From assembly GCA_013265495.1 (NCBI GenBank), contig MU058463.1, positions 992,001 through 1,056,000 on the forward strand: DNA of 64,000 nt, in the 5' to 3' direction. Origin of the DNA: Vicugna vicugna. Taxonomy: Eukaryota. The translations under genes and the position numbers were made by a program. Below are positions 53,411 to 64,000 of the stretch, piece by piece; the stretch's first letter is position 1, and every line of letters starts with the position of its first letter. The notes below the pieces were generated by a model. That model did no database searches. It worked only from the letters and a program-made list of their open reading frames with translations, and was not told where the DNA came from.

Positions 53411-55071
53411 TACTATGTGCTGGGTCCTTTTCTCAAAAATTGTTTTCTTATGGCAGTAGAAGACTGAGTTAATTATTAGCAACTGTTAAGTATTATACAT
53501 TCATTGTTTAGTCCAGGGGTAGGTAACTCGTTTATTGCCAGTGGAGGAACACTTGGGGAATCATTAACTATGGCTCAGTGATTTGTCATATAAATGTTTA
53601 TAACCATATATTATTTCTCTTTCCTGGGTTCTTCTCCATGATAAACAGGTACACATTTGAGTAGAGCTGTATGGTGAATTATTTTGCTAAAGCTAGTCAC
53701 CAACATCAATTTAAAAATGTCTATTCCTATTTGTTTTCCATCTTACAATGGCATGACAGTGAGATATAATTCAGTTATACTATTTTCAAAATAAAAATGA
53801 TGAAAACTAAAGATTATATTATACTATTGAGAGCAATATTTGTGTTTATGACTTGCAATTCCTACTCTTGTCAGTGAAAGCATAACAATGACTATTTTGA
53901 GAAAATGGCCTATGTGCTTTGCACGTTATAGATTAGTTCTCTGTAACTTGTCTGTTACAAGTGGTCACAATGTCATCATAATTAAATGCTAATTTAATAG
54001 CAGCATTCTTAAGTGGAATAAGTAGAACATGGCAGGTCATGAAAAGCATTTGGACTATATCACTAGTGAAGGTTTTAAAATGTTCTCCCTTATCCCCATT
54101 GAGATAATAATTTAGTTTTACACTCTGGTGGCTGGGGGCTTGATGCTGTAAAAGCTCTGGCTAGGATAAATTGCATAAATCACACAAAATGTCCCAGAAC
54201 ATCATGCCTTGTGGCTGATGAGAACCGTATTGTTCTGCATTTTTCAAAAATAAATTGAGCCCCAGCTATTTAATCAAAGAACATTGCCAACAGTCCTTTG
54301 CTATCAGCTCTCATCACACGTATTATAGCTGATGCTGTTGTTGGTAAATTACCACTTGCTGTAACATTTAAAAAATTGTGTTTGACCTTGATAAGACAAA
54401 GATTTTTTTCTGTTGAAATTAATATGCTGCTCACAGCTGCACCTTTTATCTTGCATTACAAAGTACTCGACAACACATGGCTGTACTTTGAACAAACCCA
54501 TGTTTTTAAATAGCCTGTGTCCTATATGTTGATCTTGGGCAATGATAAAGTGGAGACTGAATACCCATTTGTTAGGACAATTCTCCATTCAAGAGTTTCT
54601 TGTTAAAAAATAATTTGTTCTTTATGTGTTCTCTCTCTCCAAATTTTTAGTATCAAGGATTCATTTTTCACCCTAATCTACTCAATTTTTCCTCCTCTTT
54701 AAAAGGAAGTGGAACTGCTGTTGCTACATAAATTTTCTTTGCTGGGCCCAACATCTAATTCCAGAATAAAAGCTTTCTCCATTAAGTAATGGTCTGTATG
54801 TGGCCAGCATATTTCTAGACCTCCTTGCAGGAAGAAGGAAATGGTAGAGTAAGTTCCAAAGGATCATCACTGAATTCACAGGCATCCTGGGAGGCACCTG
54901 AGGTAAAAGGCAGACAGTGTCCCTCCTGTGGCTCTCACCTCAAATAAATACTCAGGGAGAATCTTCAATACAGGAGAACACATCTCCTTCTAATTTACTA
55001 AGAAATGTGGAATCAAGGTATTATTTAATGAGTTGCACAATAAAAATGTTTTCCTAAAGGTAATGCCAGGA

Positions 55072-55093
55072 GATGATGATGATGATGATGGTA

Positions 55094-55132
<39 letters not shown>

Positions 55133-55143
55133 TAATAATAATA
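55072..55143. repeat. Compound (GAT)n/(AAT)n microsatellite
   Basis: Read directly from the sequence. Confidence 0.95.
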
Positions 55144-55514
55144 GACCTGATGACCCAGATAATGGCTGTCTTCAGCAGGATTTCAAAAAATGAGAAACAA
55201 TAAATGGAACATGAAAAGTAGAAAGATGTAAATGGTAAATTTAATGTCTCAATTACCTACTCTTCTGTAACTTTTCATTATACCTTCTGTATACTTACTC
55301 TGGGGTTATTTTCCACATTTACTCAATTTCCATAACATGTCAAAGTAAAACAGTATTTTTATGTAACATTTTCAAAGCACTTTCACTGTTTCATCCCTTA
55401 AAGTATGGCAGAAGAAATAAGGGATAAGGAAACTTTTAGTAGATAAAAATGAATGCTCAGAAGTTAATACATTATTTATAAATATGATAGATAGTAACAT
55501 GTTGGATTTTTGAA

Positions 55515-55770
55515 AATAGACTTTTATTTTGAGCAGTTTTAGGTTCACACCAAGATCCTCTAGAAAGTACAGAGAATTGTTCCCACATCTCTCCTGCCTC
55601 CCACCTCACAGCTTCCACTACTGTGGACAGCTTTTACCACAGTGGTTCATATGTTACAATGGATGAATTTACATTGAAACATCATTACAACGCAAAGTCC
55701 GTAGTATACACCAGGGTTCACTCTTGATGAGGTATGTTCTGTGGGTTTTGATAAATATATAATGACATTC
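55515..55770 (-). mobile_element. L1MC-like 3' end, antisense
   Basis: 'tagacttttattttgagcagttttaggttcaca...agaaagtacagaga...caaagtccgtagtatacaccagggttcactcttg...gggttttgataaatatataatgaca'. Confidence 0.85.
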
Positions 55771-58700
55771 TTCCAAGTCATTCACTTTTTGCTTAAGTTA
55801 ACAAAGGTTCCTTTTCCTTTGCTTGCATTGCATTGTAACTATTGTAAATAGTTAGAGGTAGACAAATAATACAAGTGTTAGAGGAATGACTAGAATTCAG
55901 GTCTTCTAACACTGCTTCCACTTTGCTGGGAGAACGTATGCATGTGCTTAGCACGAATCCTGGAATGTGTTGCATAGTCAGTAAACTATAATTCTTAAAT
56001 GCTCACACACAATATTGGAATCAACAGTAAGTTACAATGGAATCTAGATTTTTACTGTGGCATTCTTCTTTCAGAATATCCACAAACTCCTGTAACAAAG
56101 TACACAGACATCTCAAAGGAGGTTGTGAACAATACTGGTATGAAAAATAGTCTGTCAGACAGTATATGTGTATGCCATATGGTACCAAACAGCCCCAGGT
56201 CTTGTCCCCATTTCACGTGATTTTGGGCATGCTCTTTATTATATTTACGTCTCAACTTCTTTTATGATGAGATTAATGATTATACATGTTTTATATGGTT
56301 GCTTTAGTAGTAAGAATCTGACCTGACTAAAGTCTAGACATGTGTTATCATATTCAATGCTCACAACATTCCATGAACATCATAGGCCCACAGGATAAGT
56401 GATATAATGAGTGTAAAGTGCTTGCACAATCATGGAAACTAGAAGTTATACAAAAAATATTACTAACAATATTATGGAGGTTATCATGTTCTTGAGGAAA
56501 ATATCCATCAAATTATGAACAAAATGAATTACATAATAGTCTGTAAAATGAATGGATAATCTTGATAGGCATACACTAGGCATGCTCTACTTGTTGATTT
56601 AATAAAAAGTGACATTTAAATTTGTTTTCACGTCAATATTTTATCCTCAAGCAAATTTCATTCAAGAAAGAAAGCCATTTTAGCTTGTATAAATATCAGC
56701 TCACCTCTTCAGATTTTTATCTTTAAGGACAATAGAACATTGGAAACTTTTGAAAATTTGCCCAAAGAAACCATCAGCACCAGACAACACAGTTCATTAC
56801 TGATGCTTTCACTGGCAGTTCAGGCAGTAAGTTGTGGATGGGGAAATAACTCACATAAGTGAGCATGTGTTTCAAAGCAAGGCCCCTAAAGACAGCTCTC
56901 CTGGCTTCAAATCCCAGCTCCATCGTAGGTATCTCAGTTCATTAACTGCCAGCTTGAGAAAATTGCTTGTGCTTTCTTGACCCTCATTACCAGAGCACCG
57001 TTTTTCTTTTTTCCTGATATAAACACTCCAAGTTACCACATACATCTCTTGCCATTTATTCTCAGTGTTCTCTCCTTACTAATCGTTTCCTTCCAAACAC
57101 GAAATGGAGGAAATCCACATGCATGGTTTTAGGTCTTTTTCAATGAGTGTTTTTTCCTTAATTAACTAAATCCATAAACATGTTCTCAGTTGTCATAATA
57201 TGTTCTTAAATCTCAAATAGATATTTTCTTCCCAGATCTTCCCTCTAAAGTTTACACTCCAGTATCTAATTGTGTCCTAGAAATACTCACTTTTTCTTTG
57301 AACTGGCAATTCAAATAAACATGCCCAAAATTTTATTTATAATATTTTCCCAAGTAGGAATTTCCCTAATCATTTATTTGTTCTTCACATCTATGCCAGT
57401 GTAAGTTTTTTAAATTTAAATCTGTATTATTATCTCCCTGAAAAAAAAATTCGGTATCTTCCACTGGTTAGATGACTGACCGTGTGTAATTGAAATGTAA
57501 TCTGCTGGTGTGCCCTGGAAATAGAGTGAGTAATCAGTGTCTGCCACATTATTACCAGCATACATTGTGAACTATAGGACTGGCACTTGTTGAATGCCTG
57601 CTAAATACCAGCCACTGTGCTATGAGATTTACATAAAAAATTTTTTGATTTTGTTTTATTTTTGATAGGAGAATCATCAGAATAGACACCTTGGTGGTTT
57701 TAGGAAGTACACTGATAGTGACTTTGGGAATGTGATGTTTAAAATTTCATGAAGATAGCTAAAGAGCTCCTTTATCCAGTAAGATGAAAGCTATCAGAAG
57801 TTTTGTGTTGAGATGGTTTTAGAGAGTATGTTTCTCAGACTTGGAGATATGGAAGCCATAGAGGCTGGAGGTGAATGGGTTGAGTACATGAAGGAACAAA
57901 GCACAGTCGACTGGGACAACAAGCATGAATGACTGTTTTGCAGGTATCAAGTCAAGTTGTGCCATGTGACCTCATTGGTCATTCAGATTTTGATAGCTAA
58001 AATAGTGTTTACTCAGGGAAATTATTCAGTTTTTCCCAGATTTATTCTGACTTCATGGCTCTTCTGCAGATAGATCTGAATAGCAGGATATTATGAATTA
58101 ATGATGATAAATTGCTGTATAAGAACTTTGATGACAAAGGGAGAGCCCTTCAAATATTTGGATGTCATAAAGCTGTAAAAGTTATCTAGTGAATTAGAAG
58201 GGAAAATGTGAATTGATAGAGTCGAAAGTTCATTCAGTTATTCACTCTATTTATTCAGTGCAGTAAGAAGAGTTTTAAGCACAGTAATAAAAATGTCCAC
58301 TTATAAGCTAATTCCACCTCAAGTACATTTATAGTATGAGGAGGGGCAATTTTACAAAAGCGAAATGTAAAACCAATGAGGAAATTTGGTTACAGGTAAT
58401 TAACAAAAGTTTATTATTTCAAGGGAAATGATAATCTGTTTTGAATTCTAAGTTTATATCATTTGGGTTTATTCATTTTATTATTTAAAACCTATCTGTA
58501 ATGGCCATACACTGTTAGTTTTCTAACTCAGGACCTACTTTGCTTACTCTGAGTAAATAATTCAGCTGTGCTTGGTTAAACAACTTTCTCACTTGCAACC
58601 TTTTCCACATAAAAGCGTACATCAGCTCCACCTTCAGCTCCAAGAGTGGTCCTAATTCCTCATTACATGAAAGATAAAACATAGAATTGAAGGTCCTTTG

Positions 58701-58799
58701 TAAACTGGACCTACATCTTCCATCTCATATTTGGTTGGCTCATAACAGACTTTGCTACAGCTATCTTCAATTAGTTACAATTCTTGTAATGCTCAAGAC

Positions 58800-59140
58800 A
58801 ATTTCATATATAATGTCCACCTAGAATTCTGCCTTTCTTTCATCATCTGCTTGCCAAAATTATATTAATCCTGTAAGATCCAGGGTACGCATCAACTTCA
58901 CTTGAGACATTTCCTGAATTCTTGAGTCTGCGACGTTCTACATAATTCCATCAAGGCACTAAATATTTTATTCTATAATTATTGTGTATGAATCTATCTT
59001 CCTTACTAGACTGTTGACTTTATGAGCTACTTAGAAGTAATCATTATGCTTTATTTTTCTTTCTTGTGTTCAGTACCTGAAATAGGATTAGACAACTAGA
59101 TTCTCAGAAATTATTTTCAAAGGAGTGAATGAATAAATAA
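58800..59140 (+). mobile_element. LINE-2 3' end
   Basis: 'tctatcttccttactagactg...cagtacctgaaatagg...gagtgaatgaataaataa'. Confidence 0.6.
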
Positions 59141-59199
59141 AATTCCTGAGCTAATAATAAACTTCTTAGCTACTAAAATTATTTTTACATTAGAAAAAA

Positions 59200-59392
59200 A
59201 ATATGCAGATACTAATATGTATAAAAAAACAACAAGTTTATATTGTATAGCACAGGAACCTTGAACTATATTCAAAATCTTGTAGTAACTTATGGTGAAA
59301 AGAATATGAAAACGAATATATGTTCATGTATGACTGAAGCATTATGATGTACACTAGATATTGACACATTGTAAACTGACTATACTTCAGTC

Positions 59393-59423
<31 letters not shown>

Positions 59424-59430
59424 TATATAT
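59200..59430 (+). mobile_element. Camelid-type LINE-1 3' end with a (TA)n tail
   Basis: 'ttgtatagcacaggaa...tattcaaaatcttgtagtaacttatggtgaaaagaatatgaaaacgaatatatgttcatgtatgactgaagc...ttgacacattgtaaactgactatacttca', then a (TA)n/(CA) run at about 59393-59430. Confidence 0.9.
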
Positions 59431-61879
59431 CTCAAAAAACTGTTTAAATGTAATCAATATGAAGTAGTGAGATCTCTTAGGCCATCTCTGACAAAATCCT
59501 TACTGAAAAAGAATAGGTAGATCCACTGACAACAATAGCATTAAAAAGTAAAATTCTGATGTGACAGTGCTTTTCACAATTGACCTGCTGTTAAGCACCC
59601 TTAACACCTTGATTAGTATTTCCTAAATACGTTCTAATTTCTGTCTGTCATCGTTAAAAAATGATGGTGGGCAGAGGAATATTTCATTTTAAAGTAGTAG
59701 ATGCCACAGGCAATGCTGGATTTTGTCAGGGTTTGGAGTACTGGGGAAGTTTGGAAGTCACTATATATAGGAAAGTGATTCTCTACGAGGGGGTATGGAG
59801 TTAAGGAACATGTATTTTCTGCTTAGTTGTTTGTTTTTCACAGCTTTATGGGTCATTAATTTCAACTGGCTCATAAATACTGCTCAGATATGACTTATTC
59901 ACCTATTCAATCCAGATCATGAGACTGCTACAAGGATATAGAAATAGGTCGTATAATAAAATATTAGTCCCCATAAGACTTTAAATCTCAGATAAAACTC
60001 TTAGTTTTTAATGTGGTCTAAACATATTACAAATAAATCTGTAGCATATTCTGGTTAGTCCAGTGCATTTTAGAATTTTAGTAAACAGGCAGATCTCCAA
60101 AGATTAAGTAGAATGTGCAAAAAGTGGGAATATGAATGATTGTGAGGATTCTACTTTATACCTGAATTTAACAAGACACTGTTATTCCTGTCATTTTGTG
60201 TTTTTCAGCATTCATAATAATGTGTTTGAGAATTTTGTGCTCTCTGTTCAAAATCCCTTTTTTTACAATATATTTTCTATCATTGTTGCCACTGAAAAAT
60301 GATACAGACCTCTTGATATCTTGTTTAGAGAAATAATAACTATTTGAGACTGAAGGCTTTTATTCCAAATTTCAGATACCAAGATCTAAAGCTTTCAAAA
60401 ATTGTGTTTGTAATGGAAATTCCTATAGAACTTTTACATGACATAATGACACTGAAGGTTTAAACAACACTTTATAAAAGCCTCTTTTTCTTTCTTTGAT
60501 TACCAGCCTTTAAAAGCAAAAATTGTTTGAAAACTCAGGATTTATTTTACTTCAGAGTCTTCAGACAATCAGGATTCATGGACAGAAATTCTGGCTCAAG
60601 CGTTAAACCCACTTCAAATGCAAATTGTGATAAAGAATCCTCTGTCTAATACATAGGACTTTAAAGTCGCTCTGGTAATTGGGAAAGGGTGTGGTCCAAT
60701 GATGCTTCTATAGTTGTTTTTCTCTATTATAAAGAATTCGATTGTTGTCAGAATATTCCTATTTCTAAGCTACTTTAACTGATAGCTAACCTAATTTTAG
60801 GCTACATTTTATCCTGCACTAATACGGAGCTTTGATGACAGGTGACTACCCAAGCAATTATTTAATTACAAGGTGAAATAGAGTAAGCCCAGGATAGAGT
60901 AGATGAATAATCAGTGTGCTATAAGTGAATGATACATCAGTGAAACGCATTTATAATTGATTATTCATCATGAAAAACAATACAATTAATTTCAAACTAA
61001 AACTATGGCAATAATATAAATTTACTCATAACCAAAAGTAAATTTTCTGTATCAAGGAATTAGGTTAATTGTGGCAAAATTAATGCAGTATAATTTAAGG
61101 TGTATATATGCATCTTTTAAGATGTTAAGAAATGGTAGAAAGAAAAAATGTTAAAAAGAAGGAAATCTATAAGAAAATATAAACTGTAGTCCAAAGCTAA
61201 AATACAAACGAAAAAATGTTTTATTTTAGACATTAAGTGATTAAACATTAGATATATATGTATATATAGATATGTATATCTGTACATACACACATAACCA
61301 TAGAAATTATAGGAAGTATAAATGTTGCAGTTACTTCAAGTTTTATGGCAGTAAACCAGCCCAGTTTCTTTATTCCATATAAAGTAGGTAAGTGAGAAAA
61401 GTACTTAAGATTATGAGACCATGTGCAAAGCAATTTAAGTCCCAACGCAGGAAATGTCATGACATAAGTTTTGTCGATACTATTTTATCATTAATAATAA
61501 GAAATTTCAAATTACTAAAATATGGTGAGGTGAAATATGTATTAGTCCAGTTCTTCTGAGCATGTATGGTGAGAAAAAGTACCACTGAAAATGAGACATT
61601 ACTAATATGTTCCCTCAGTGTTGCACACTGCTATGTGCATTTATGTATCACGTATGTATTCATTCACTCAGTTACTTGCTTATTTATTTAAACTAGGCCA
61701 TTCTTTGTTGAGCAGACACAAATTAAAATATTGTTTAGTGCAGGGATTATTCTTGGGTAAAATTTTAAATGATTTTAATGGAGTTCTAAACTTTTTGGTC
61801 AGTGAAGTAAAATTTAGTATACTACAATACTATTTAACAAACGAAACTGATATGCTTAGTTTTCTAAACAAAGTGGAAA

Positions 61880-61991
61880 TTCAGTTTCTGGTGGTGAGCA
61901 CGATGTTGTGTACACAGAAGTAGAAATACAAGATTATACATATGAAACATATAATGTTAGAAACCAACGTTGCCTCAATAAAAACATTTTA

Positions 61992-62028
<37 letters not shown>
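61880..62028 (+). mobile_element. LINE-1 3' end (laurasiatherian type) with an A31 tail
   Basis: 'tggtggtgagcacgatgttgtgtacacagaag...atataatgttagaaaccaacgttgcctcaataaaaa' followed by poly(A) at 61998-62028. Confidence 0.75.
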
Positions 62029-62030
<2 letters not shown>

Positions 62031-63499
62031 ATGTCTCCCCTGGGTTCTAGATAACTTAGGAATGCAAATGAAACTTTAGTAAGGAATGCAAATGAAAACA
62101 CCCAAGTATCAGTAGGTGTAAGTATTTCCAAAGCTACATTTATTTCCATGGCATCATAAACTATAACTTTCTTTTACCAGTTCTAGACAATTGAATTAGG
62201 CATGGGGATAAACCTAATAAAATTATGTCTGATAATAACAGTTGATAATAGCAGTAGAATAGATTTGTTTCACAGCATTCTTTTCACTTAACAGTAAAAA
62301 CGTCAGGAAAACGATAAAGTAATTTTTAGAAGTGACTTAAATTCATTTTCTTTGTATATAGTAACATTCTAAACTTCTCTACATTTTTAAAATACTCATT
62401 AAAATACCATTAAATACAGGGATGTGTCATCAAGTTTTATAAACATCTTGGAACATTTTTTCTCTGTCACTGCATGTGTGTATATTCTCTTAGCTCCTGT
62501 CAAAATATCTTGCGAAGAAGTAATTCTCTATAACTTTGTTGAAGACAGTATTTTACCTTTAATTCCTTAAACATTATTCTAAAATTTTTGAATTTATGAT
62601 TTAATTTTGACAAATATTGGGAAGTAGTTTTTTTTAGTAGTTTTCCATGAATAAGCTATCATACCATAACTAAATGTTTTATAATGTCCTTAGGAAAAAA
62701 AAAAAAACAGGTAAAGTAAATAATTAATGATTTAATGTATGTGTTTGAAATATTTTCAGTATTTTTATTATGGTAATCCATAAAAATTCATATTACATCA
62801 TCTACAAAAATTCAGATTACAAAGGGACACAGAAACTAGGACATGGCGGATATGTAAATAGGTATCAAACTATAACCATGTAATTAACGGATCTATCATG
62901 TCTATAATTCCACGTATATAGAAGTATATTAAATTTAGTACTTTGTGTGTGTAGCTTGTCAATTGTACCTTAATAAAGTTATAAAAAAGTCAATGACCAG
63001 TGTACTTAAAATATGTGATTAGGACTCCATTTAAATTATAACTCAATAAAGTTAAATAAAAATGTTGAGAAAAATCAGATCTTTAGCTTTGGTTCCCACT
63101 TACCGTTTTCAACCCCTCATCCTTTCAGGTATATGTGATGAGAGTAATGTATAGTAAACGTGTGACTTCTAATTTGAAGACTAATACTTCCTTATGTGCA
63201 GATATTAAACATAATTATAGGTATATATTTAATTATAGAACATGCAAGTCCTCTCTGCATATAGAAAAAAGATCTGATGCTAATTACATAGTGGTTTTGT
63301 GGCGAGTCATGACTAAAGCCAACCTAAAAATGACTTGTCACAGTTACAAAACTGAGAACACATTAAATGTTTGCTCTTTCTAAATAAAATTTTAGATTTT
63401 AAATATGAGTTTAATTTTTATAAAGACCCTTTTTTAGAAAATAAGTTGTTTACACTTAATGTATCTCTTTACCAAAGACAACTACTTATTCCTTCTTAA

Positions 63500-63635
63500 A
63501 AATATACATATATATGTGTGCATATATGCATGTATATATGTGTGTATATATCTTCTCTTAAAAATGTGTGAATTTGTACACACCCATATATACAAGCATA
63601 CATCATACGCATGTACTACACACACATAGACATAC
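63500..63635. repeat. Low-complexity (TA/TG/CA) repeat
   Basis: Alternating purine-pyrimidine runs read directly. Confidence 0.8.
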
Positions 63636-64000
63636 AGAAAGCAAATTATTTTAACCTAGAAGTCTTGTCTTAAAGGTAGATATAATGTCTGTTTTCCTTG
63701 TCCATTTTTATATTTTTCAATTTTGAAAAAAGTACTCTGCATACAGTCCATGGAATTCCATTACCTAATACTTAATGAACATACATTTTAGTAAATCTTA
63801 TTGGAACAAGTGTACAGTACAGTGGTAAATTTTTAGTAAATCTCTGCTGCTTTAACACTAATATTAGCTGTTAGAAAAGGAAATAGTGACATAAAGGCAA
63901 AGAGGGATGATTCATTTTGCACTGGTGCGTAGGCATACGTGACAGCACGTGGGCCCTGTGCATCTGGAGCAATAGAATGCTCTCCATTTCGGAAAGTGGA

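Noticed and set aside
55970..55980. TTGCATAGTCA, identical to the first 11 nt of miR-153
   Set aside because: The match stops after 11 nt and there is no complementary arm to form a precursor.
1..64000. ORFs from the six-frame track as protein-coding genes
   Set aside because: All are 147 aa or shorter and many start at TTG or GTG. They are rich in F/L/I/Y/K from AT bias, show no recognisable domain, and many lie in L1, LTR or low-complexity sequence.
1..64000. CRISPR array, operon or prokaryote-type defence system
   Set aside because: There are no regularly spaced repeats with unique spacers and no gene-dense region. The sequence is clearly mammalian and repeat-laden.

Overview
This is AT-rich mammalian non-coding DNA, either intergenic or deep in a large intron. 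It is most likely from a camelid or another cetartiodactyl, judging by the young LINE-1 3' ends and the lack of any Alu, B1, Bov-A/BovB, PRE-1 or SINEC copies that I could recognise. I find no protein-coding exon, tRNA, rRNA or known miRNA; the supplied ORFs look like chance frames, many lying in decayed repeats. Much of the window is fossil transposable elements: L1M, L2, MIR, MaLR/ERVL LTRs, two ERV LTRs (one with a tRNA-Ser-like primer-binding site), MER5 and a Tigger/MER8 MITE. Between them are repeat-free stretches that could be regulatory. The items most worth a second look are: (1) a ~365-bp GC-rich block next to a T19 tract at 35.7-36.0 kb, possibly a retrocopy, carrying CTCF-like motifs; (2) a 21-bp near-perfect hairpin at 41.94-41.99 kb; (3) a run of + strand splice signals at 42.7-45.2 kb that could mark a spliced lncRNA; (4) an old duplicated L1/MER5 junction; (5) a CpG-retaining block at about 51 kb. 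I cannot support a novel multi-gene system from this sequence. Repeat family names come from my memory of consensus sequences, and boundaries are approximate unless given to the base.
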